From assembly GCF_006345805.1 (NCBI RefSeq), contig NC_042998.1:201252001-201316000 (forward strand): a stretch of DNA of 64,000 bases, given 5' to 3'. The notes beneath the pieces were generated by a model. That model was not told the DNA's origin. It saw only the letters and a program-made list of their open reading frames with translations, and made no database searches. Shown here piece by piece: positions 52,861 to 64,000 of this stretch. The translations under genes were made by a program, and so were the position numbers. The stretch comes from Octopus sinensis (lineage: Eukaryota). The stretch's first letter is position 1; the number at the start of each line of letters is the position of its first letter.

Positions 52861-53482
52861 TCCTAGTGTAATATACCGTTGACTCTATCACCTCGTATAT
52901 CTTTGTTTAAAGTACTAGTTTGAGATATATACATTTGGTCGATATTCCAGAACATTCGTTGGTATCACTGTTTATTCTGGAGGATTACTGGCTTACGTAG
53001 CCCTTCAAAAATCTGTTGTTGAATTTGCTCTCCTATTATTTATCAACCAAGTGCACATTACTTTCAAAGAGCAATTTACCTTGCAAGTACTGTTATTTTC
53101 CTTCAGACCCAATACATATAGATGGATGGCATAAACGCAAATGAGATAATAATTAATACAAAGGGACGGAGATATTAATAAATATATAAATAAAAACATT
53201 GAAAACGTAAATCAAAGTAATGTACTTTATGCACTTTACTTAACGTTGCTTGACTACCATCGGTAATATATATCCCATAATTCTCGGAAATTATAAACTG
53301 CTTTGATCGGTAAGCTCCAAGTTTAAGTTCACATTGGAAAGTAATTGATTGATTTCCATTTACAAAGTCGTTATTTCTTCTTTCAATCAATACTCCCACA
53401 AGTGCGTATTTACACGGACACACATAAATATTTTCAAATATAATCACACTTGAATTTCTCATAACACACACATACACACACA

Positions 53483-53518
<36 letters not shown>

Positions 53519-53779
53519 CACGTACACTCATATACATGTGACTGTCAGGCCATTTGTGAGAGATATAGCGAATGGATGGGAAAATGTGTGAGTGTATTGA
53601 CTTAATATTTTCTGTACTGAATAAACTAGAAAATATGTGTCTTACATGAAAGCTTTTTACTCCTTTATCAAACTTTAGCCGTTCGACCATGGTCGCTGGT
53701 TGTCGGCTCCTGTGAATGCCGTGAATCATTTAATATGTGTTTCTGTGAGTTTGTATGGTTTGTGTGTAAGAAAGAGAAT

Positions 53780-53985
53780 GTATCTGTGTATATGCGTGCC
53801 TGTATGTATTTATATACATATGTGTGTGTGTGTGTGTGTGTGTCTGTCTGTCTGTGTATGTGTCTGTGTGTGTGTGTGTATGTGTGTGTGTGTCTGTGTC
53901 TGTGTCTGTGTGTGTATGCGTGTGTGTGTCTATGTGTCTGTGTCTGTGTCTGTGTGTGTATGTGTGTGTGTATGTATTTATAAGT
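53780..53985. repeat. (TG)n/(TGTC)n microsatellite
   Basis: Direct read. Confidence 0.95.
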
Positions 53986-54902
53986 TGAGATTTATGCATT
54001 TATAAATAAAAATGTTCAGATCGATAAAGACGCCAAAACTGGCTATTTGAATTAGATTACTTGTTCTCATTTCTGTTTAAAAATCTAGTCGTTAATACTA
54101 CTTTTGATTTCGCTTATCTACTCACCTAAATCTTTATTGAATATCTGAATGATACAGCCATGCATATCTTAGTGAAATTATTAGCGAATACCAGGTTAAA
54201 TGTCAAGATATCAAACAGATATTTGTGTCGCAGTTGTGAGAGAGAGAATATTCGTATTGGAAATACTGTATAGAACATCATACATGCTTCCCCATCAGAA
54301 TGTATATTATTCACTTTTTGCGAATCCATTGTGTTTGATTTTATAACTAATAATATTTCTATTAGTAATAGTAATAAATAATTAAAAATAAAATGCCAAA
54401 TACTATTGCTTGGGGGAGAGTGTAGTCGACAGCAGTGATCTGACGGAAAGTTTTCTCAAAAATAAAGTAATATGAAATCACGACGGTTTGATCAGTAAAT
54501 TTATTTTTGGTGACAGAAAATTGTAAGCAATGTCGACTCTCCTGTCTCTTTCTCTGTATATATGTATTTCTCACCCCATCTCTCTCTCTTTCTTTCTCTG
54601 ACACACACACACACACGCGCATATGAACACGCGCCCTTACACACGCACACACGCAAACATATACATAAGATTCAAAGTGACAGAGAAAGAGGGACAGACG
54701 TGAGTAAATAGGTGACTGGCATAGAACGGCAGGAGTAAAATGCGAATCACATTTTGTGATGATTAATTTCTCGGGTACGGTGATATCTTAACTCTACGAT
54801 TTCTTGCATAGAGAAAAAGTACCACAAGCCTATTGCAATTTAAAGAAGCACTCGATATGATTTTAAATATATATATATATATATATATATGTGTGCGTGT
54901 GT

Positions 54903-54936
<34 letters not shown>

Positions 54937-55487
54937 ATATATTTGGATGGGCGTGCACAAATGTGATTTAAAAGACGTATTCCAACGATTTCGAGATCAA
55001 AAATTCATAAATTTTGTTGTATCAGTTTTGGGTACCTGGCAAGAGAAACCGCTACTTCAGGAACTCAAATTAGATAAAACATCACAAGCGAGTGAAAATC
55101 TTATGAAATAGTATATGACACCGGAGTGGATTGCATTTGGCAAGGAGGATGCAATACGTAACTGCATATTTGCGGAATACTCACAACAAAGTTGAAAAGA
55201 GGTGGTGCATCTGGAATGCTTAGCGTCGGAAACAGTGCACTATCTTTTCTGTCAAGCGAGGCAAAGATCAATTGATGAATTTTGGGATGTTATGGAAATT
55301 ATATAATTAATAATAGCCTAGCAATATTTAGTAACTTTTTAAAATGTGTATTAAGTTGGTAGATCTTTCCAACGTGCTTTCATTTTTTTTTATTGAGTGA
55401 TATATCTTTTTCTATACCGTTTCTCATTCGCATCTATGTCCTTCGCATGAAAATAGCGATATTTTAATATAACAAACCCCAGCAAAG

Positions 55488-56036
55488 TTGTCAGCAAAGT
55501 TCGTGCCGATTTTGAAAGGAAAGAAAAAGGCCAATAAATACTTGCCATTACATTCTTAATCAAGCAAATATGAACCATTTTTTGGACAATGCATCTCCAT
55601 CTTTCCTTTAACTTGAAAATACCCTCTTCCCAGAATTGAGGTGGTTTTATGGCAAAGAATTCATTAAAGTTATCTTTTTACGTCATCCAAGGAATTGAAA
55701 TTTTTACCATTAAGATTATACTGCAGGGACCTGAATAAGTGGAAACCCGAAGGAGCAATATCTGGTGAATATGGAGGGTTGGGTAGCACATCCCAGCCGA
55801 GCTACAGCAATTTTTTTCTGGTTACCAAGGCATCAAGTGCCGAAAATGAACTTTCTTATCGTCCATTTTAAAGGGTTTCAGAATTAAGTCAGGTTATAGG
55901 AACATAAACCTTCTTCCGCGAAAAGATAGCTTAAACTCTGTGCTATATGGGGGTGTAGTCAAATGCTATTTTATGGACTCAACCAGGCGTAAATAATCTA
56001 CTATAAATCGGCACGAACTTTCCGGACAACCCAATA
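55488..56036 (-). mobile_element. Internally deleted mariner with both TIRs
   Basis: 5' TIR tattgggttgtccggaaagttcgtgccgattt (56036-56005) and partial 3' TIR (55488-55512). MDDKKVHFRHLM joins to WDVLPNPPYSPDIAPS..HLFRSLQ. Confidence 0.88.
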
Positions 56037-56383
56037 TTTAAGTCCTTGTATGGAAACACTTTCATTTATGAAACCGATATACTCTCATTAGGAAACGGAT
56101 GCTATCTGAAAGACACAGTTATTCGTCACTCTATCTTTTTTTATATAAATCAGTCGTACACATTCAAAGCGATGACTCAGATATAGCAGAAGGCGTATGT
56201 AATAAATAATAAAAAACGGAAAAACTGTACTACATTCACTGTTGTCAAAGCACTCAACAACATTTTTGCATTCGTGTTTAGATATGTGGCGTCCAATATA
56301 CTCAGTGAAATGTCTATTAATACTCTCTGATGGAAAACAGTGAGAATGCTATACTTGAACGATAAGCACAAGGGAAAAATGCA

Positions 56384-58685
56384 TTGGTCCTTAGTGTCCA
56401 AGCGCTTCCAAGCAATGCTGTTTTCTGCAAGTGCTCCACACTTATTGCAGCCCCTATTTATTCCATGTACTTCTCAAGACTTTTGCTCACCGTTCCCAGG
56501 TCTCTGGTAGACATTGGTAATACTGCCACATTTATCAGTGATCAAACCTGCTTAACTTCCCAATGTAGCCTGTTATATTTATCGACATTTCCTTCTTCCT
56601 TATCACATACTTTGTTGTCAGCTGGGCATGCTATATCTATGATTCAGCATAGTTTGTTTCGTTTCTCAGTTAACACTATATCTGGTTTCATATTCTCTAT
56701 CACATGGTCGCACTGAATCATAAAATCCCATAGGAACTTTGCATTATCATTTTCGATGGTACCTTCGGGTTTATGTTCGTACAACTTTTTGCTTTGTCAA
56801 CTCTATACTTGTTGCAAAGTGTCAAATGGACAATACTTGCTATATTGTCATATGTCTCTTATATCATTTCTGGGCTAGTGGCGTACATTGGCTGGTATTA
56901 TGCCATACGGTTTCACCATTTTGTCCACAGATTCTGCACTTATCACTTTCTCATGCGTTGTCTATTCTGAATTTGATATAGTTGGTTCTTAATGCTTGCT
57001 CTTAGGAAGCACAGATTAGAGCCACCGTTTCGATTTTAAAGCAATTTTAGTCATCCATAGCCATCTTTTTCCACTGTCCCGCTTATATTCAACATCCATA
57101 CGAAAACTTCCTTGCATTCTTTTCTTTATCCACCTATTTTCAGTTTCATTCCTTCAGAAGTGCTTGTACAGTGCTTCATTATTGCAATCTTCCATCCAAC
57201 ACAAGCCTGATATTCTTACTTCCAGTAATAACAATTCTGTAGCTTATTTTACATACCAGACTATGTTGTTTTCTTCTCCTTGAATGTTGTGTTCGCATCC
57301 AATCAGTCCTCTTCTCCCTCTTTTTCTTGGTGCATACAGTCTGTCTGCGTCACTTTTTGGGTGGAGTATCCCATATCTAGTCAGCAACATCGTTGTCTTT
57401 CTCTGTCTGTTTAGTTCGTCTATTGTCCATGCGATTACTCCTGCTCCATATCTAAGGCGTGAAACCGCCCAGGTCTTGCTAACTTCAATCGTATTCTGTC
57501 CGTTTAATTTCTACTTAAGCAACAGTGTCAGTATGCGCAAGTACTCCACCTTAAATTCTTGTCATGTCTTTCTCCATTAATTTATCCCTTTCACTATCCC
57601 CACATACTTATAGCCTGTCCTTCTATCTGATTCATAACCTTCCCCAACGGTATCGCTAGCGCGTCCACACGCTTGGTTTTTACCTCTTTTCAAGTCAAAC
57701 ACGCCACAGTGTTTCAGTCCGAACTTCATTCTGGTATCAGCACTGAAAGTATACAACGTATCCACGACAGAACTGACTTGGGATTAATCTTTACCATACA
57801 GTTTATATTACTGTATGTGGTTGAATATTTGATCGCAGCCTTTGAAACATACACATTTTTTTTCGTTTCCTCAAAATCAATATCAATACTATCATGAACA
57901 GTACACAGATCAGTGGGCCAGGTAGTCTCCTTGGAAATGCCCCTTCTGATTTCTACTATCCCTAAACTTCTTCCATATTCTGTCAGTTGCGCCCTTTACT
58001 CCGCGATACCTTTTCTAAGCAATCGCTCAACATTCGATTCCATACGAAATAGATTCATACATTCTATAATCCAAGAATACAGGATAATATCATACGTCTT
58101 ACGATAATCAATCCATGACATGGCTAAGTTAGTCTTCGTCCTGTTGCAGTGTATAAGGAAAGTTTTGCCTACCAAGAGTTGATATTTGGTACCTCTGCAT
58201 TTACGCTTGCACTCCTTATGCTCATGTGGCAGGACTCTATTATTTCCAAAAGTAAGTACATTTACTCTGCGACTATTCCAGGCAATAATTTCCACATAGC
58301 GGTCAAGCAGGATATCGGCCTGTAGTTGTCTACTGTATGGACTTTCTTCGATGTTATTCAGGCATAGCACAGTCCTACACGCTGTCAACCACTGTGATAT
58401 TACTTGGTCGACATTTAGCAAGGTGTTCTGTTGTGAAGCTATTCGTGCATGACATTCACCAAATCTCTTGATCCAGTAGCCTTGAACTCTATTTAGTGCC
58501 CGAGCTTTCCGGTTGTGTTTTTTTTTTTTAATTTGCTGATTTCCTTAATTTCCGTAAGTAAAATTACTAGTTCTGTCTGTTTTGGACAGACTAATCTTTG
58601 TTTCAGTTCTTGCAATCATTCATCATCCTTCTTGTGATTCTTCTCTTTTCTGCAGATATTACTTCGAAACCTTTGACTTTCAATT
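56384..58685 (-). mobile_element. Degenerate R4/Dong-clade LINE
   Basis: QGYWIKRF..H.RIA, GTKYQLLVGK..NLAMSWIDYRKTYD, FSADTRMKFGLKHC, and GALGTVSK..IGAAISVEHLQKTALLGSA on the minus strand. The 5' end abuts (TAA)n. Confidence 0.88.
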
Positions 58686-58688
58686 TGA

Positions 58689-58708
58689 TAATAATGATGA
58701 TGATGATG

Positions 58709-58741
<33 letters not shown>

Positions 58742-58780
58742 GTAATAATAATAATAATAATGATAATAATAATAATAATA

Positions 58781-58845
<65 letters not shown>

Positions 58846-58857
58846 TATTATTATTAT
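58689..58857. repeat. (AAT)n immediately followed by (ATT)n, a self-complementary microsatellite
   Basis: Direct read; the switch is near 58782. Confidence 0.95.
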
Positions 58858-59093
58858 AAGCTCCTCTTTCAATTTTGTTTCCATTTTTTGCCAAATGTCT
58901 TCCTAACACCGAGGACAAAGAAATTCATTGATTATATTGGAAGGATTTTAAAATAAACACACCAGATTGATCATTTACAAAGTTATGTGCTAGAAAAAAT
59001 GGGAAAAGGGACTGAGAGAAGAATGAAAGTAGGAAAAAAGCGAGAAAAAGAAAAAGAAAACAAAGAAAATAAAAAGGGAAATAGAAAGAAAAT

Positions 59094-59396
59094 TTAGGGC
59101 GACAATGCTCTCAGTACTTTTGACATGCCAGTTATAAGAATCTTTTGCCATTCCTGCATAAATGGTAACGCAGGGATCATCCTCATATAATTTCCAGTTC
59201 CTTTTCTCACTATTCCAAGTGCTCTTACAATGACATGTATTGTAACCTTTTTATGTATTCGGAGCTTATCAAATTCTCTTGCCCAGATATTATGATCACA
59301 AGGTATGCTCATGCCAATCGGGAAATAGACTTTATGGTTTCGGTCCTTCAAAACAATATCTGGTTTATTAGCGTTGATGGTCCGGTCTATTATCAA
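59094..59396 (-). mobile_element. Restriction-like-endonuclease end of a second RLE non-LTR family
   Basis: DRTINANKPDIVLKD..SIPCDHNI..VIVRALGIV..QKILITG.SKVLR. Confidence 0.8.
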
Positions 59397-59422
59397 GGCT
59401 TTGAGCGGGCCGAACCATTATA

Positions 59423-59550
59423 AGGCCAGTCAAAATGCTTAGCGACTTTTCGTCCATCAACACGCACTGAGCTCAAATTCTTCTGAGGTCGGCATTAACT
59501 TTCATTCTTTCATGGTCGATAAAATAATTACCAATCATGTACTGGTTTCA
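59423..59550 (+). mobile_element. Old SINE family B copy
   Basis: aaaatgcttagcga..ctgagctcaaattc..gaggtcgg..tttcattc..ggtcgataaaat. Confidence 0.6.
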
Positions 59551-61151
59551 TTATTCAACTGGTATCAACTTCCTTCTGCTCGAAAATTGTGGCCCTATGC
59601 CAAAATTTGAAACTGTTATTATTATTTTGATTGTTCGTATTAATTTATGAAAATTGACGTAATTCTTCACTAAGGTATTACCCGATTATTAAAGTAAGAT
59701 AAGTAATAAATAACAGATATTATCCGAGCTTATTGAATATTGTCTCAAATGTAAGTTTGTCTTCCTCACGTTCAAAATACGAATATACACGAACAGCATA
59801 AATCTGTTAACCACTTGCCTCCGTTATTAACTGATTAATCTGCTTAAAACGACAAAAAAAGAGAAGAGGACTGTTAAAAAATTGTTTGTATTGAATGATA
59901 ATTTTACGTCACTTTCTCCACATTATTAGGGAGATGAAATATTGGCGGTGTGTAGCAGCAGTCCTAAGTCTGAAACCATTCAGAGAATAAATGAATAATA
60001 CAATATTGCTAATTTAAGCCCCTAATTGCAAATAAATAAGAAATAGATTTGTTTGAAGTCCATTCAGGACTGAGAGTTTAATGGAGTTCGAATATTTTCT
60101 AAAATACGTATTATAAGGCGTTCATCGAAGTGAGTGTCATAACACAAGTTTTGCTGAAGTTGTGCTATTCTTTCTGGCGTTACTCCTATTCCTGTTCAAT
60201 ATTTAGTTGGACGATCATGAATCTTCTCAAACAAGTATTTGCGAAGGCTTTAAAAGAAGTAAAAAGACGACTTTGAACATTTCATATGAAGCACTCAGTT
60301 ATCGAACATTGATTGTATTGTCATTAAAACAGCAGTTATAAGGGAGTGTTATCGGGATTATGAACAAGGGTGAGTACATATAAGTTTGTGAAGAAACGTC
60401 CAATTACAGAAACCAACTTGACAAAATAATCTTGGAAATGGAGGAATACAACATTATAAATGACATTGCATCTTGCGGTCAGAAGAAAAACAACATACAA
60501 GAATTTTAATTATAGAAGTCAAAGATCAAATTCTGAGAGAAATTATTCTAGTTATTCAGTGGCGCCGAAATTTTGCTGCATTCCAAAGATATTTCATGAA
60601 ACGTAACAAAACACTTGGCAAAATATCCTTGTTAAAAAATATATATTCTTTCTTCAATACATTGTTGAATTTAGACGTTATAAATGACAAACATGAACTA
60701 GTTTTTCTGTTATTTATCTAAACCTCATTGGAATTTTTCAACAATATGAAACTAAAAGAATAAGTCAGTCAACTCTCTCACAAATTAGGAAAGAAATTTT
60801 GATGTATATACAGAGGATTGGAAGTTGTACCACTTCACATTTGGTGTACACGAATACTTACCGCAGATACGTGTGCTTTATGTTTGTTGCACAAGAGAAA
60901 CATTTAAAACAAGATTTAATAAACATTGTTGCAACTTCAGACGCAGTAGCACTTCCTTGACATGATTTGGCGAGTGTTTTACTACATATGATTGTAAATT
61001 TGAAGAATTTAATTTACAAATTCCCAGATAATATTCAGACTCCACTGCAAAACACATGCAGACTAAAATATATGCGAGTTCATTTCGTAACTCCCCTGTA
61101 AGGGACATTGAAGAAAAATTACAGGCAAGTTCCATCAGATTTATACAAAAT

Positions 61152-61601
<450 letters not shown>

Positions 61602-61989
61602 AAATATTTTATGAAGCAGCTTTCGCCACCCACTTTTCGTGTGTTCGCTTATTTAGAATGCTGTTTCTTCTACATACACATTTAAGCACAATCTCCTTAT
61701 TCAGTTCAGTTCACACGTAATCCTTTACTGTTGCATTAGGTACCAGTCCTTGAGAATTTCTGCCCACGCAAAGTCGTGTCTTTAAGGTTAAACACAACGC
61801 CGGGATTATATGCCATCAATATGTTCGTTTTTGCTGCGATTCACATTAAGAGATTAATTCTTCTGATTCTAAACGAATTTATTTTGAGAATTCTGATGCT
61901 GCGGATATTATCAATGGTTACCTTTTATGTCGTAATCAAAAAAGGTCCCATAGCTGGCCTTATTGTGAGCAGAAAAAGTACTTGGCAAA

Positions 61990-62027
61990 ATTTAGTGATG
62001 CCTTTATTACATCTTTCAATATTATTA

Positions 62028-62092
<65 letters not shown>

Positions 62093-62268
62093 GTTATTAT
62101 TATTGTTATTATTATTATCATTGTCATCATCATCATTATTATTATTATTATTATTATATTATATTATTATTATTATCATTATAATTATTATTATTATTAT
62201 ATTATTATTATTATCATCATCATCATTATTATCATTATTATTATTATTATTATTATTAATATTATTAC

Positions 62269-62331
<63 letters not shown>

Positions 62332-62385
62332 TATTATATTATTATTATTATTATTATTATTTTATTATTATCATTATCATTATTG

Positions 62386-62416
<31 letters not shown>

Positions 62417-62424
62417 CATTATTG

Positions 62425-62458
<34 letters not shown>

Positions 62459-62558
62459 TCATCATCATCATCATCATCATCATTATCATTATTATTATTA
62501 TTATATTATTATTATTATCATTATTTTTATTATTATTATTATTATTTTTATTATATTA

Positions 62559-62595
<37 letters not shown>

Positions 62596-62734
62596 TATTA
62601 TATTATTATTATTATCATCATTATAATATTATTATTATATTATTATTATTATCATCATCATCATTATTATCATTATTATTATTATTATTATTATTAATAT
62701 TATTACCATTATTATTATTATATTATTATTATTA

Positions 62735-62767
<33 letters not shown>

Positions 62768-63008
62768 TATTAATATTATTATTATTATTATTATATTATT
62801 ATATTATTATCATTATCATTATTGGTATTATTATTATTATTATTATTATTATCATTATTGGTATTATTATTATTATTATTATTTATTATTATTATCATCA
62901 TCATCATCATCATCATCATTATCATTATTATTATATTATTATTATTATTATTATTATCATTATTTTTATTATATTATTATATTATTATATTATTATTATT
63001 ATATTATT

Positions 63009-63042
<34 letters not shown>

Positions 63043-63075
63043 ATATTATTATCACTATTATTATTATTATTTTAT
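61990..63075. repeat. ~1.1-kb (ATT)n/(ATC)n array with a ~440-bp higher-order repeat
   Basis: Diagnostic interruptions (attaatattattacc, cattattggtatt, the (cat)n block) recur at ~437-440 bp spacing. Confidence 0.9.
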
Positions 63076-63774
63076 TATTTTTAAATTATTATTACCAATA
63101 ATAATAGCTGCGGCAGCTACGAATTACTGTGGCTTCCAAAAACGTTATGGTCTTATGCCAATTCCAGAATGTATCATTCTTATTTAGCATTAGGATGGCT
63201 TCAAAAAACACCATGGACATCCGCCAATATTTAACTGAACTTTTCCTCATTTTTCCTTCTTGCTCCCCTCCTTATCAGTACTTTATTACTCTGATGATTA
63301 TTTTTTTTATTATTATTGTTGTTGATTTTGTTATTGCTGTTGTTTTTTATTTATTCTGTTTGTTCATTTATTGTGCGTTACATATTGTATTGTAAGTAAT
63401 ATGTGAACAATCCCTGCAATTTCAATTAGTGCCTGAATGTTGAATGCATATGCAAGCTATATGGGGTGACGGTTACGTTTCTTTTGGCGATACTACACAT
63501 ATCGTTTCCAAGGCGCCTATTTATATAGGGATTGCATTTAATTCAAATTTTTCCCTTGTGCATTTATGTTTGAATGCAGATACACTTATACACGCACACA
63601 CACTCACACACACTCATATGTGTGAGCACTCATTATATACATATGCATTCACATGTGTGTTTGTGTGCGAGTGTGTATATGTATATATATATATATGGAA
63701 GGATACAATTTGTGGATGACGAATACATACATATAAACATATACATTTATATGGGAGGATACAATTAGTGTATG

Positions 63775-63829
63775 ACGAATATATATACATATATATATAC
63801 ATACATATATATATACATATGTATATGTA

Positions 63830-63896
<67 letters not shown>

Positions 63897-63958
63897 ATAT
63901 GTATGTATATATGCATGTATATATGTATGTATATATGTATGTATATATGTATATGTGA
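63775..63958. repeat. (TA)n/(TATG)n microsatellite
   Basis: Direct read. Confidence 0.96.
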
Positions 63959-64000
63959 ACAGTTATCACTGCATGACTTACCGTTTCTGTGTTAGATATT

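Noticed and set aside
60862-61140. Minus-strand ORF with acceptor-like and donor-like sites
   Set aside because: The only open frame stops before the donor and the peptide is unrecognised. It cannot be supported as a host exon without RNA-seq.

Overview
AT-rich, microsatellite-dense eukaryotic DNA, most likely intergenic or intronic. The SINE families and repeat landscape suggest a cephalopod, probably Octopus; this is inferred from recall, not from a search. I found no host protein-coding gene, rRNA, true tRNA or CRISPR array. Most ORFs in the supplied track are read-throughs of simple repeats. The window is a mosaic of retroelements and DNA transposons. It holds a near full-length but disrupted CR1-clade LINE (~1.5-5.9 kb), three truncated CR1-like LINEs, R4/Dong-clade LINEs abutting (TAA)n, RTE/BovB-like fragments and two Penelope-like element (PLE) cores. 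It also holds several modular tRNA-derived SINE families and Tc1/mariner remnants, including a DD41D piece. The main signal is a dense set of minimal type I hammerhead ribozyme (HHR) motifs, about 9 intact or near-intact and several decayed. Most have a 1-2 bp stem III with a palindromic loop, and most lie in PLE terminal-repeat sequence arranged as palindromes or long inverted repeats. In one PLE (34.2-38.1 kb) both ~870 bp inverted arms stop at the predicted HHR cleavage site. HHRs in PLEs are established in other metazoans, so any novelty is in this locus-level architecture. All pairings and alignments were read by eye, and boundaries are approximate unless stated.
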